Positions 21,594-31,038 of a stretch of 32,000 nt of DNA are shown here, piece by piece. Numbering within the stretch: position 1 is the first letter of the stretch; the number at the start of each line of letters is the position of its first letter. Location: NCBI RefSeq assembly GCF_000223395.1, contig NC_015931.1:1230001-1262000 (forward strand). The letters run 5' to 3'. A program made the translations under genes and the position numbers. The stretch is from Pyrolobus fumarii 1A. Lineage in GTDB: Archaea > Thermoproteota > Thermoprotei_A > Sulfolobales > Pyrodictiaceae. The notes below the pieces were generated by a model that was not told the DNA's origin, did not search any database, and saw nothing but the letters and a program-made list of their open reading frames with translations.

Positions 21594-22844
21594 ATGATTG
21601 GTTGTACCCGCGTTTCTAGCCCTGGAAGCCGGGCTAGCGTGGTGCTAGCTTCAGCCTGCCTCACCACGTCTTTCGTCAACGTAGTTTCGCATTACGATAG
21701 TTTCTTGTATCCCTCGTCGCTTCCTATAACCCCCCTTGTACTTGTCGTACTGGGTGGGGTTGTGGTGCTCTGGGTGGTTGGATACTGGCTGGAGATGCTA
21801 GTGCTAGGGTTGGTACTAGGGCTTGTCGTCGGCCTCGCTGCCAACTCTAGCGTCGTGCGCGGCTTGCTACGCAACCCGAGAAGTCTAGGAGAGCTTAGAC
21901 TGATGATGATAGTGATCGCTGTTGCAACCGTCCTTGTTGGCGTTGGTCTCGTTGGCCTTGTCGCCGAGTATCTAGGGCTTGGTGTTACACCGGCGTTACT
22001 GGCTGCAGGTGTAGCCGTGTTTATGCTGCTTCAGTGGCTATTCTCGCCCGTCATAATCAACGCGATTTATGGAGTGCATGAAGCAGGGCCAGAGCTAGAA
22101 TGGCTGCGCGTGGAGGTCGAAAGGCTGGCTAGAGAGTCGGGGCTACGTTCCCCGCCGAAGCTAGTAGTTGCCGACATGGATGCGCCTAACGCTTTCGCCT
22201 ATGGCAGCCCCCTCTTCGGTAACTACGTTGCTGTGACTAGAGGCCTGCTTCATCTACTACCGCGAGAGGAGATTATCGCGGTCATAGGGCATGAGATAGG
22301 CCACCTTAAGCACCGTGACGTGGTGGCGATACTCGCGCTGGCAACAATACCGGCAATCGTCTACTTCATGGGCCGCGCCCTGCTACACTACGCGTGGTGG
22401 GCCGGCGGTAGTCGCGACGAGAGAGCAAGCCCAGCTACACTGTTTGCTGTCGGCGCGGCGCTAGTGGCGCTAGGCTTCCTTCTACACTTGGTAGTACAGC
22501 ACTTCTCGAGGCTACGCGAGTACTACGCGGATGCCCACTCCGCGCTTGTCACGGGCGCCCCGAGGCTGCTACAGAGGGCATTGGCGCGTCTATACGCAGC
22601 GTATCACTCTGTGCCACGCTACCGCGACGAGATAAGCGCCAAGGGCTTCACAACCTACCTCTTCATAGTCTCGGGGCTGCTTGAGCCCCTATACACCCCA
22701 TGGAGTGGCGACATTGACACTCTGGTAGAGGAGTTGAAGAGGACAGAGCCAAGTGTATTAGAGGAGCTATTCTCGACGCACCCGCCAATACCGAAGCGTC
22801 TAAGGTTCCTGGATGCCCTGGCAGAGAGGCTATCAAGCTTGTAA
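21594..22844 (+). CDS. htpX: HtpX-like M48-family membrane zinc metalloprotease
   Basis: NAFAYGSPLFGNYVAVTRGLLHLLPREEIIAVIGHEIGHLKHRD contains the HExxH motif in the typical HtpX context. TM helices flank it. The C-terminal segment FSTHPPIPKRL is also typical of HtpX. The N-terminal start is uncertain, because the first ~30 codons overlap a reverse ORF and may be non-coding. Confidence 0.8.
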   Translation: MIGCTRVSSPGSRASVVLASACLTTSFVNVVSHYDSFLYPSSLPITPLVLVVLGGVVVLWVVGYWLEMLVLGLVLGLVVGLAANSSVVRGLLRNPRSLGELRLMMIVIAVATVLVGVGLVGLVAEYLGLGVTPALLAAGVAVFMLLQWLFSPVIINAIYGVHEAGPELEWLRVEVERLARESGLRSPPKLVVADMDAPNAFAYGSPLFGNYVAVTRGLLHLLPREEIIAVIGHEIGHLKHRDVVAILALATIPAIVYFMGRALLHYAWWAGGSRDERASPATLFAVGAALVALGFLLHLVVQHFSRLREYYADAHSALVTGAPRLLQRALARLYAAYHSVPRYRDEISAKGFTTYLFIVSGLLEPLYTPWSGDIDTLVEELKRTEPSVLEELFSTHPPIPKRLRFLDALAERLSSL

Positions 22845-23010
22845 GAGTAGCATCTGTTGGTCACCCGCTTGAATAGCACAAATTCTAAACGATTTTTGAC
22901 GGTGCCTCGCCAGCTGTCTATGCTTTTTAATTAAGACTATAATACTAGCCTTGCTCATACCGCAGCTGATCTTTTGAAAAGCCTTCGAGTTGAAAACTAG
23001 GATATGACGT

Positions 23011-23592
23011 TCATTGTTTTATTTCGCCCTGAAGGCTTTCCCTTAGCTCTCGTTTGAGCATCTCCAGTTCACGTTCGTGTTCGTCGCTCCATGCTAGTCT
23101 TGCTTTGAGTTGTTCAACGCGCCTTATAATCTCTGATGCAAGAGCTATGATGTCGTAGGCGGCTTCTTCCCTACTACGGTATTTGGAAAGAGCTAGGTCG
23201 GGATCGGGACCATGATTCTGATAGTCGTGAAGATTTAGTGCTTTATCTGTCCAGGCGGAGATCGACGTATGGCCTATCTTTTCAAGCAGCTGTGATAGTA
23301 CTTTGAGCCTTGTTGTGGGTAAGCGTGGCACAGCTCTCTCACTTAACCACTTCCGTTCCTCCTCGCTCTTCACTCTCCTCATCAGCTTGTCTAGCTCGAG
23401 TCTTAGCAAAGCTGCAAGCAGTGCCCTCCACGCTTGGAACACTTTTCCGGCAGCGTTTCTCGTCAACCCCTCGTTAAGGAACTTTAATGCAAGCCTGGCC
23501 TCTGCAAGAGCTTCAAGAATACGGGCTGAGGCATACGCTTCGCTCGTAGGTTTCGGCAGAGGGGCTTCCAGCAGAGTATACTCTTTGCCCAA
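23011..23592 (-). CDS. PaREP1-family protein (crenarchaeal, HEPN-superfamily-like)
   Basis: LEALAEARLALKFLNEGLTRNAAGKVFQAWRALLAALL and ALNLHDYQNHGPDPDLALSKY match the PaREP1/PaREP8 family pattern as I remember it. AT-rich non-coding DNA flanks the gene on both sides. Confidence 0.7.
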   Translation of the reverse strand: MGKEYTLLEAPLPKPTSEAYASARILEALAEARLALKFLNEGLTRNAAGKVFQAWRALLAALLRLELDKLMRRVKSEEERKWLSERAVPRLPTTRLKVLSQLLEKIGHTSISAWTDKALNLHDYQNHGPDPDLALSKYRSREEAAYDIIALASEIIRRVEQLKARLAWSDEHERELEMLKRELRESLQGEIKQ

Positions 23593-23870
23593 TGCCTAAC
23601 CCACACTACCAATGGACACAAAACGTCAATAATAGCTTGTTTCAAGGTGAGGAAGACTAGGGTTGAAGCTACGCTCAGGGCTGTTATAACCGTCAGGAAG
23701 ATGATAAAGTACACCAACGTGTCTATCAGCTACGCGTAGCGGGCTGCAAACCTCCCAGAGGCTCAGTTCCTCACCGTGCATCACTCCCTGGGCGCGTTTT
23801 CACATGCAACCGATCTCTCCATACACCTGAACCGCTAGAACACACCCATGCCCTCTTATAATCAAGTGTT

Positions 23871-24713
23871 TTAGCCTTGCCTTAGCCTCTCCACTATCCT
23901 CATGAGCCTCTCTACTCTCTGGGGGTCAACGGGGTTGGTTGTAACCCCGTCTTTCTTGAAGTAGGAGCCCACGATGAAACCATCCACGAGCCTCCAGTAT
24001 AGTCTTATGTTGTCGGGCGTGACTCCACTCCCGAGTAATAGCTTAGCGTGTGGCACGGCCTCGCGGATAACCGCTACGTAGCCCGGCTCGGGGGCCTCAC
24101 CCGTCCTGGCTCCTGTTACCACCAGTGCATCTGGCTTGCAGCGATGCAGTACCTCTCGTGCTGCGAGCCTAGGGTTGTAGCCTTCACCTAGGGGGAGACT
24201 GTGCTTTACGTCGATATCTGCTAGCACTAGCCCCTTCCACCCGAGCAGACGCCGTTTCAGCTCGACTTCTCTTGCAACCGGCTCGAGTATACCCTCGGGG
24301 GCGACCCGCGCCTCACAAAGAGCGTTAACGCGTATGAATGCCGCGCCAGAGGCGTATGCTACTGCTACGGCCTCTGGGCCCGAGTTACGCAGTAGGCTAA
24401 CACCCACGGGTATCGAGACGCTCCTTACAACCTCTCGAACGACCACCGTCATCGCTGCTATGGTCTCGGGCTCACGCACCCTGACAGCAAAAGGCGCGTC
24501 ACCGTAATTCTCTACTATCACCGCGTCGACACCGCCCTCTTCGAGAGCCTTCGCGTCGGATACCGCACGTTCGATTACATCCTCCAGGTTGCCGCTGAAT
24601 CGAGGCGACCCTGGTAACGGAGGAAGATGCACCACGCCTATCACAGGCTTACCCTCGATTGCGAGTAGCTCGCGCAAACCACTACACCTTCCGTGCAGTC
24701 TATCGCAACTCAA
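23871..24713 (-). CDS. btpA: BtpA/SgcQ-family TIM-barrel protein
   Basis: PVIGVVHLPPLPGSPRF...DAKALEEGGVDAVIVENYGDAPF is the characteristic BtpA N-terminal signature. Confidence 0.8.
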   Translation of the reverse strand: MSCDRLHGRCSGLRELLAIEGKPVIGVVHLPPLPGSPRFSGNLEDVIERAVSDAKALEEGGVDAVIVENYGDAPFAVRVREPETIAAMTVVVREVVRSVSIPVGVSLLRNSGPEAVAVAYASGAAFIRVNALCEARVAPEGILEPVAREVELKRRLLGWKGLVLADIDVKHSLPLGEGYNPRLAAREVLHRCKPDALVVTGARTGEAPEPGYVAVIREAVPHAKLLLGSGVTPDNIRLYWRLVDGFIVGSYFKKDGVTTNPVDPQRVERLMRIVERLRQG

Positions 24714-24829
24714 CCAGCTTAGACTATTTCACGGGTACCAGCCGAGGCGCAGGAAGCCGTCTCATCTCGCAACAAACCCACGAGGCTTAATGTCGAGCTG
24801 CGTAGCGTCTTAACCAACTGTCATGCCTC

Positions 24830-25606
24830 CTAAGGCGGCAGTCCGATGTGCGGCCTCAACCCTAAGGGCGCGCTTACCGCTATGGCTGCTGCTAGCAACG
24901 CAACTGCTCTTACGGTCTCGTACGTGAATCCTGCCGTGTCCCCAGTTGAGAATCCTACGCGCTTCTCTACATCCCTCCTCACGAACTCGCCGGTGACAAT
25001 CCCCGTCACGACAGCCGTAGCGGTTGCCAGTGGGTCAAGGAGCGCTGCTAACGCTATACACGCTATCGTTACGATCATCGCTCTTGTTATGCTCTTTGGC
25101 GCGGCTTCTTGCAGTGCCCTAGCCATGCCTGCGTATGGCTCCGGCCTCGTGAAGGCAAGTAGATACACCATTGTGTAGCACGCAACGGTATACGATGATA
25201 TCATCGCAGCTAGTATTGTCTCTAGCCGCGCCGATGCTATTGTAGAGGCGGAGGCGTATACCAGGATAGAGTGTATCGCGAGGGCAGCTGCGGCTAGCGA
25301 GCCCCTCCTCGGATCTTTCATCACTCTTACTGCCTCTAGCCCCCTCCTACCAGAGGCAATAGCATCAACATAGTCCGCAAAACCGTCCAGGTGGAGACCA
25401 CCCGTAACCAGCAAGTGCAACACAAGGTATACTGCTGCTGCAATGCCCGGATTGCCTAGCAGGAGGATAAACGCCAGACTAACAATCAAAGCCTCGATCA
25501 ACCCCACGAGCGGCACAAGATGCAGGCATCTTGCTACCTCATCAAGACTCGCGTAGCCTACGGGAAGCCGCGTCAAGAGTGCTAGAAGAGTACGCATACA
25601 CGCCAA
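24830..25606 (-). CDS. cobS: Adenosylcobinamide-GDP ribazoletransferase (cobalamin-5'-phosphate synthase)
   Basis: This is a polytopic membrane protein. It contains LLTRLPVG..., LVPLVGL..., TGGLHLDGFADYVDA and MKDPRRGS, which are CobS hallmarks. Confidence 0.85.
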   Translation of the reverse strand: MACMRTLLALLTRLPVGYASLDEVARCLHLVPLVGLIEALIVSLAFILLLGNPGIAAAVYLVLHLLVTGGLHLDGFADYVDAIASGRRGLEAVRVMKDPRRGSLAAAALAIHSILVYASASTIASARLETILAAMISSYTVACYTMVYLLAFTRPEPYAGMARALQEAAPKSITRAMIVTIACIALAALLDPLATATAVVTGIVTGEFVRRDVEKRVGFSTGDTAGFTYETVRAVALLAAAIAVSAPLGLRPHIGLPP

Positions 25607-25879
25607 GAGCCTACATCACCTGCTACAAGGGGCGTAAGCGAAAAGCCCCGATTACATGCCACTCATCTTAACCATTTACACACTTCCATAACGTCTCTAG
25701 CCACGGGATTTCAGCAACATTTGACGAGACGCATATCACAAGATCATGTTTTGAACACTATACATTTGTTTATCAGATTTAAGCACGCAGCCGTCAAAAG
25801 ATTATCTGAACTGTACTAACCAACTAGCATTTAACATCTAGATCGGAAGTGATAAAAACTAAATCCGGGAATAAGGGGC

Positions 25880-27331
25880 ATGAAAAAATCTGCACAATCA
25901 CCTTCCTTACACAATACCAATAAAAGTGGTAACAAGGTTATCTTAGCGTTTGTATTAGCAATTGTAGCATTATTCGTCATAACAATCTTAATGCCCCGAT
26001 TTAGTGTGGACGTCACCAGGCACCGTGCATACCTCGAGGTTACACCGCTGGTGCGTAAATCCGGTATCCACGTGTATATATCCCTCGATGCAGCTAGGTA
26101 CATCAACATTACAAGCCTGGAAGAGCTTGGACTTAATGTTACAATTTTCGATGTTAACACGTTTCCTAAGCTAGAGCAAAAGAGCATTCTCATAGTAAAC
26201 GTTACTGACTTCTCACACAACCCTGCTGCAATACTATCACAACTCATTGATTCATCACGTAACACATCACACCTTGTGATTGTCGTGCTGAATCCTAATA
26301 GGGATGAAGTGCTTTCAAAGAAAGCAATGCAAGTAATGCTTAAGTATTATGGTTACAGGCACACTAGGCCGTTGTTGATACTCGAGCCGCCAAAGGATAG
26401 TGGCAAGAGTCACCGCGCATTAGAGGTTAAACGTAGCGTGTTTACAGCACAGGCGCTAGTGTTTTCTATAAACCCCATAGGCATGGTTGTTGTTTACGAT
26501 ATTACTGATTTTGAGCAGACGCTGCTACTTGTAGTCAAGTGGGCAAGGCTGATAAACATCAAAGATGCGGAGGGCAACGCTACGTTCAGCGGTATCTTTG
26601 GTTCTCCGTCTATGCTCAGTATCGAGAACTTTAAGCACGTTGGTTATGTTGGGTGGATAACAAGTAACTTCATTGGCTCGGATTGCGGCGAGATAACAGG
26701 GTACATGGCCGTAAAGGTTGACTACTATTATGCTAATAGGAGTACATCCATTGGCGTGTATCATGCTTGGCTTGCACATATAGAGCACTCGGCTAAAGGC
26801 TACCAAACACTGTGTTGTAATCCATGGCCTTTCTGCTTCACATATAACCACTATCCGAAGGTCTTTGTCTCGAAAACCGATTGGAACACCGACATGTGGC
26901 CTGGGCAGGTGCTAGACGATCACCAGCCGAAGAACGCCGGCACGGCGAAAACAGTGACGTACACAATAGCGTGGCAACTGGATCTAGAGCTAGGCGGAGA
27001 AGCCAAAGCTGTGGTTTCATACACTGCTCTTGCCGTCTCAACAACATCCGTCAGTCCATACTACGAGTGGTACGATATTTCCGATCCGCCTCTAGGCGTT
27101 GCAGCTGCAAAACACTACTTGAAAGTACCGAGTACCGTTGACGAGTCTAAGTTGAGCGGTGTGCTGTTCACTGTAGAGTCGTCTTCCATAGGCTTCCTCG
27201 ACCCGAACAGGGATGGCGGCTTTCTGCCGATGATCGTCTCTCACGAGTTTGAGACGACGCTAAACACCGGTGATAAAGCGAGTATATCATTCAGCGTCGA
27301 GCTATGGCCTGATACCATCGTGGAGGGGTAG
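25880..27331 (+). CDS. Hypothetical N-terminally anchored extracellular protein, rich in N-glycosylation sequons, in an AT-richer segment
   Basis: The N-terminal TM segment is VILAFVLAIVALFVITILMP. There are many NxS/T sites (NITS, NVT, NVTD, NTS, NATF, NRST). The C-terminal half is patterned like beta strands. I recognise no family motif. Hand counts on 60-nt lines give about 32-48% G+C here, against about 55-62% in the flanking cob genes. Confidence 0.6.
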   Translation: MKKSAQSPSLHNTNKSGNKVILAFVLAIVALFVITILMPRFSVDVTRHRAYLEVTPLVRKSGIHVYISLDAARYINITSLEELGLNVTIFDVNTFPKLEQKSILIVNVTDFSHNPAAILSQLIDSSRNTSHLVIVVLNPNRDEVLSKKAMQVMLKYYGYRHTRPLLILEPPKDSGKSHRALEVKRSVFTAQALVFSINPIGMVVVYDITDFEQTLLLVVKWARLINIKDAEGNATFSGIFGSPSMLSIENFKHVGYVGWITSNFIGSDCGEITGYMAVKVDYYYANRSTSIGVYHAWLAHIEHSAKGYQTLCCNPWPFCFTYNHYPKVFVSKTDWNTDMWPGQVLDDHQPKNAGTAKTVTYTIAWQLDLELGGEAKAVVSYTALAVSTTSVSPYYEWYDISDPPLGVAAAKHYLKVPSTVDESKLSGVLFTVESSSIGFLDPNRDGGFLPMIVSHEFETTLNTGDKASISFSVELWPDTIVEG

Positions 27332-27404
27332 TAGTTTCCTGGCGCAACGCCCGGTTTGACCTGCCCCACGCGTTTCCCATTGTTGACTCGCTTTGCCTGG
27401 TTAT

Positions 27405-28463
27405 TCACCGCTCAATGACTTCGTAGAACGCGTCTATGAGTTTCTTGTTTTCTTCTGGGAGTTTCACTGCTATCCTTGAGTGGTAGGGTGTTAGGAAGGG
27501 GTAGCTTGACGCATCCCTAACATAGACTCCGTGCGCCACAAGCTTTTCTTGTATTGCCGGGTGGGGCTTCGGGTGTCTTACTAGCAGGAGTGGTGCGCTA
27601 GACTCGTATACCAGGAGGCCGAGCTTTGTGAGCCCAGCTGTTAATTGCTGCAGCCCTTTCTCGACTACACGTTGGGCGTTGCTAAGGTATGCTCTGGCTT
27701 CTTCAGCATAGGCTGTTAAGAACTTCTCGAACACGTGTGCTGCTAGACTGTTGACGTTCCAGGCTTGCCGCGCAGCCTCAAGCTTGTACAACACACGCTT
27801 GTTAGTCGTGTACGCATAGCCTATACGGAGGCCGTGGACCGCGAAGCTCTTTGTGAGGCTCTTGACGAGTATTAGCCGTTCGTCACCTATTCTCGTCGCG
27901 CTCTCGCAGCCCGGGGAGATATCGATGAATGACTCGTCAATCACTAGCATCGCGTCGTCCGGGAGTTCTTCGAGGAGTTTCTCGATGTGTGCGGATGGTG
28001 TACAGTAGCCGGTAGGGTTGTTGGGGTTCGATAGTATCACGAGTGAGCCTCTCAGGATACGCTGTGGCACCGAGAGTATATCGTCGGGTTCTAGCCTGTA
28101 CCTGTTGCCCTCCTCTCTCATAGCGATCCTTAGGAGCGGTGTTCTTGCCGCCAGTGTGTGTAGGTGATGGTCGCCGAAGTTAGGCTCTGCTACTACGACT
28201 GCCCTTGGTTTGAGGGCTAGTATGGCTAGCGAGAGGGCCTCGGCTGCACCGTTGAACACTATTATCCTATTCACGTCTAGCCCGTAGAAGCTCGCTAGTG
28301 ACTCGCGGAGCCTGGTGTAGTTGTAGTCGGGGTATGTCGCGTACACCTTCTCTCTAACAGCCTCCTCTAGTAGCTTGTGTAGCGCCGGGTGCGGGCCTAG
28401 CGGGTTTCCAGGCACACTGAAGTCGATTACTCCTGGCGGCGGCCGCCCGCCATGGAATCGCAT
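27405..28463 (-). CDS. cobD: L-threonine-O-3-phosphate decarboxylase (class I/II aminotransferase fold, HisC-like)
   Basis: GNPLGPHP, SNPNNPTG and SLTKSFAVHGLRIGY (the PLP lysine motif) identify a HisC/CobD-type enzyme. I assign it to CobD because it sits inside a cobamide operon. Confidence 0.7.
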   Translation of the reverse strand: MRFHGGRPPPGVIDFSVPGNPLGPHPALHKLLEEAVREKVYATYPDYNYTRLRESLASFYGLDVNRIIVFNGAAEALSLAILALKPRAVVVAEPNFGDHHLHTLAARTPLLRIAMREEGNRYRLEPDDILSVPQRILRGSLVILSNPNNPTGYCTPSAHIEKLLEELPDDAMLVIDESFIDISPGCESATRIGDERLILVKSLTKSFAVHGLRIGYAYTTNKRVLYKLEAARQAWNVNSLAAHVFEKFLTAYAEEARAYLSNAQRVVEKGLQQLTAGLTKLGLLVYESSAPLLLVRHPKPHPAIQEKLVAHGVYVRDASSYPFLTPYHSRIAVKLPEENKKLIDAFYEVIER

Positions 28464-29005
28464 ACCTTCTCGACCTCCATGAGGTCACGCGGCTCGTCTA
28501 CGTCAAGCACGCATGTTAGCTGCATGTTTGTCCAGGTGCCGTCCTCGCCGCTTAGGAATAGTGAGAAGCCCGTGGGCTCGCCCCGTGCAACGAAAGTGAC
28601 GATATCGCTATTCGCATTGAGTGCTTGTGCTACGGCGTTAGCCAGGCACGCCGGGTCCACGATTGCGTCGCTGGGCGCCACTAGTAGGGGCCTGTTTCTC
28701 ACAAGCCGGAGGCATAACCTGAGATCCTCAACATACCCCGAACCCGGCGTGTAGACACACTCTACGTTCGGATTGACACAGTAGCCTTGCACCGCGTTAA
28801 GGGTGTACCCGCTCACTGCGATAACCACGGAACGGCATAGACCTTGCAGGGCGTGCAGCACGTGCTCGATGAGCGTCTTGCCACAGACTCTCAGCGTGGG
28901 CTTCACTACCCCGCCTAGTCTCGAGCCCCTACCCCCAGCCATTACTAGGCACACAAGGCGGATTGCTCCATGCTCGTCTCTAGCCACGCCACTCACTACC
29001 ATCAC
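28427..29005 (-). CDS. cobY: Archaeal adenosylcobinamide-phosphate guanylyltransferase (MobA-like NTP-transferase fold)
   Basis: LVMAGGRGSRLGGVVKPTLRVCGKTLIEHV is the NTP-transferase glycine-rich loop. The size (~190 aa) and the position between cbiZ and cobD fit CobY. Confidence 0.7.
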   Translation of the reverse strand: MMVVSGVARDEHGAIRLVCLVMAGGRGSRLGGVVKPTLRVCGKTLIEHVLHALQGLCRSVVIAVSGYTLNAVQGYCVNPNVECVYTPGSGYVEDLRLCLRLVRNRPLLVAPSDAIVDPACLANAVAQALNANSDIVTFVARGEPTGFSLFLSGEDGTWTNMQLTCVLDVDEPRDLMEVEKVCDSMAGGRRQE

Positions 29006-29913
29006 CTGCTCTTCCCACCATCCACAATGAGCGTCTTCACTAGTTTCTCGGTGTGGGATGCGCTGCTCACCCTCACATTGCGCATCTCGGCTACACCCTT
29101 GGCTATTAGGTCGGGTGTGCGGAGACCACGGGGAAGAGTCCCATACTCAACGTGCAAGTCTAGGTGACGGGCCGCCAACAGCAGAGCGAGTATGTCTGGG
29201 TTTTCCAGTAGCTCTGCCAGCCGCTTCTTCTCGTCAACCTCCAGATTCTCGGCGTAGGGGCCTAGGAGTGTCTCTACAAGCTCCTCTCCGCGTACGAGCC
29301 TCCTCCATAGAGAGATTACCAGAGTCTCTACCGCGTCTGCCACTAGTCCTCCTATTGTTGTGGCTGCTCCTGCTGTGAGGATAGAGCCCCCTAGGCTAGC
29401 TGGCCTAGCGACTATAGCGGCGTCCGTGACTGTACCGAGGGGCCTCCTCCTGCACCAGGGAATGAGCTCGTTTAACGCCGCGGTTTTCGCCTCTACAGCC
29501 ACCCGTAGGAGGTCCACCATCGCCTCGGTGCGTAGAGGTGCTGTCGTCACGACAACGATGTTTATCGTTGATGCTATCGGCTCGTAGAGTTTGCCGGGAC
29601 GCGTGCATATCACTGGTCTCGGCCCAAGCGTTACCAACACGTGTATCTCCTGCTCCCACTCTATGCTCTCGTAGCCGGCGCTAGAGGGTAGCCTAGCAGC
29701 CGTGAGGAGTACCGCGGCCTTATCGAGTCCATACTCCCGCTCAACCTGCTCATAGAATCCTAGCAGGTCGTTGCACCTGAAACCCTTGTCAACCTCTATA
29801 ACGGCTATCGTGTTGATCTTGTCGTGTAGTAGGGGTACCGTCGAGATAGCCACCATTTCTGTAGCGAGCTTGAGAGCGACGATGCCACGGTCAACCTCTA
29901 GCTTTGCTATCAT
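29002..29913 (-). CDS. cbiZ: Adenosylcobinamide amidohydrolase CbiZ, with a ~90-aa C-terminal extension
   Basis: STINIVVVTTAPLRTEAMVDLLRVAVEAKTAALNEL...GTVTDAAIVA...TAGAATTIGGLVADAV resembles the CbiZ family core. It overlaps cobY by 4 nt and cobT by 23 nt, so the genes appear translationally coupled. Confidence 0.6.
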   Translation of the reverse strand: MIAKLEVDRGIVALKLATEMVAISTVPLLHDKINTIAVIEVDKGFRCNDLLGFYEQVEREYGLDKAAVLLTAARLPSSAGYESIEWEQEIHVLVTLGPRPVICTRPGKLYEPIASTINIVVVTTAPLRTEAMVDLLRVAVEAKTAALNELIPWCRRRPLGTVTDAAIVARPASLGGSILTAGAATTIGGLVADAVETLVISLWRRLVRGEELVETLLGPYAENLEVDEKKRLAELLENPDILALLLAARHLDLHVEYGTLPRGLRTPDLIAKGVAEMRNVRVSSASHTEKLVKTLIVDGGKSR

Positions 29914-31003
29914 TGCCCACGAGCCTCGCGTACTCGGAATAGGCAGCCTCTACTACTTCTCGTGGCGCTCTCCCGCCGCGCACTAGTGCCGCGAGCATAG
30001 CCCCACCCATACCTACACCCTCTTTCACATAGCCCTCCTCGTAGGCGCGTAGACCCTTGTACGGCGCGTCATGGAAGGAGATGTCGACCGCTATGAGGGG
30101 GGTGTCCGGTGCTATCTCGGCGATGAGCCCGGGGAGGTCTGAGGAGGGGTCATCAATTAGCCATCTTGTGGTGGCCACGGCTACTCTACTCGTGTCTATG
30201 CCGAGCCTCGATAGTATCGCTAGCACGGATGCCATCTGTGTACCCCCGGCTAGTATCACTGTGGCTCCCTTCTCGACCGCGCCCGCCACGAAGCCTGCAA
30301 CAGAGACGTGGAGCGGGTCACCAACCTCCTCGATCACTTTGAATGGATTGTCGCCACGTCTCAACCCGCTCCTCTCGAGTGCAGCTCTCAGTACCTGCTG
30401 CTTGAGGTTATGCGGGTTGCCTGGCATCGAGCTACTGACCCTACCGGCAGCGTTAAACCCGAGACCCTCCATGATGCACATGGCTGTTGTCGTGCCCGCG
30501 GGTATAGTCTCGCCAACCACTAGGGTGGTGGCGTTCCCCGCCTTCCCCACGAGCATGTGAGCAAGAAGCTTGGCCTCCTCGTAGAGCTTTGATGCTGTGC
30601 CTGGTGGCAGGGCTGGCTCCACGTCTATCCGTCCACCTACACGCCTTGAAGGCAGCTTGACATGCGGTATCAACGGCTCGCGGTAGACGCCAGCATCGAC
30701 AACGACTATTCTTGCGTCGTTGACCAGCTGGAGCGATGCTCTGGTTACAACAGCAGGTGTAGGGATGCCCTCCGGCGTCACCGGGATAACGTCCATAGTC
30801 AACGGCCTACCCGTGACGAGATACTCGATATCAAGCGTTGGCGTGTATAGCGTCGCTTCGGGTGTAGGCCCGGCAGCAGTAATCCCCGGTATTGTCGAGG
30901 TCTTGCTCGACGCCGCGAACACTACAAAGAACATTGTAGGGGCGTTCCTCAACGCATCTAGAGCCCTGCTGGCGTCGCCGCGCACAACTCGATATCCCTG
31001 CAT
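29891..31003 (-). CDS. cobT: Archaeal-type nicotinate-nucleotide:dimethylbenzimidazole phosphoribosyltransferase (UPF0284/TIGR00303 CobT)
   Basis: FVVFAASSKTSTIPGITAAGPTPEATLYTPTLDIEYL matches the archaeal CobT N-terminal signature. The gene lies in an operon with cbiB and cbiZ. Confidence 0.8.
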   Translation of the reverse strand: MQGYRVVRGDASRALDALRNAPTMFFVVFAASSKTSTIPGITAAGPTPEATLYTPTLDIEYLVTGRPLTMDVIPVTPEGIPTPAVVTRASLQLVNDARIVVVDAGVYREPLIPHVKLPSRRVGGRIDVEPALPPGTASKLYEEAKLLAHMLVGKAGNATTLVVGETIPAGTTTAMCIMEGLGFNAAGRVSSSMPGNPHNLKQQVLRAALERSGLRRGDNPFKVIEEVGDPLHVSVAGFVAGAVEKGATVILAGGTQMASVLAILSRLGIDTSRVAVATTRWLIDDPSSDLPGLIAEIAPDTPLIAVDISFHDAPYKGLRAYEEGYVKEGVGMGGAMLAALVRGGRAPREVVEAAYSEYARLVGNDSKARG

Positions 31004-31038
31004 GGCGGAGCCCCAGTTGGGCAGGGAGCCCAGCCAGA

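Noticed and set aside
21482-21679. A 65-aa minus-strand ORF between HAO-2 and the htpX-like gene.
   Set aside because: It spans the putative terminator hairpin and the htpX 5' region, and it has no motif or promoter context.
23484-23717. A 77-aa minus-strand ORF with a hydrophobic N-terminus upstream of, and overlapping, the PaREP1 gene.
   Set aside because: It overlaps the PaREP1 coding start by ~110 nt in another frame. Only its first ~35 residues look TM-like and it has no supporting signals. It is probably spurious, though a tiny membrane peptide cannot be excluded.
22845-23870. The PaREP1 gene with its AT-rich flanks interpreted as a mobile element or toxin-antitoxin/defence locus.
   Set aside because: I found no partner gene (such as a minimal nucleotidyltransferase), integrase, transposase or terminal repeats. 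A single PaREP1 paralog alone is common in crenarchaeal genomes.
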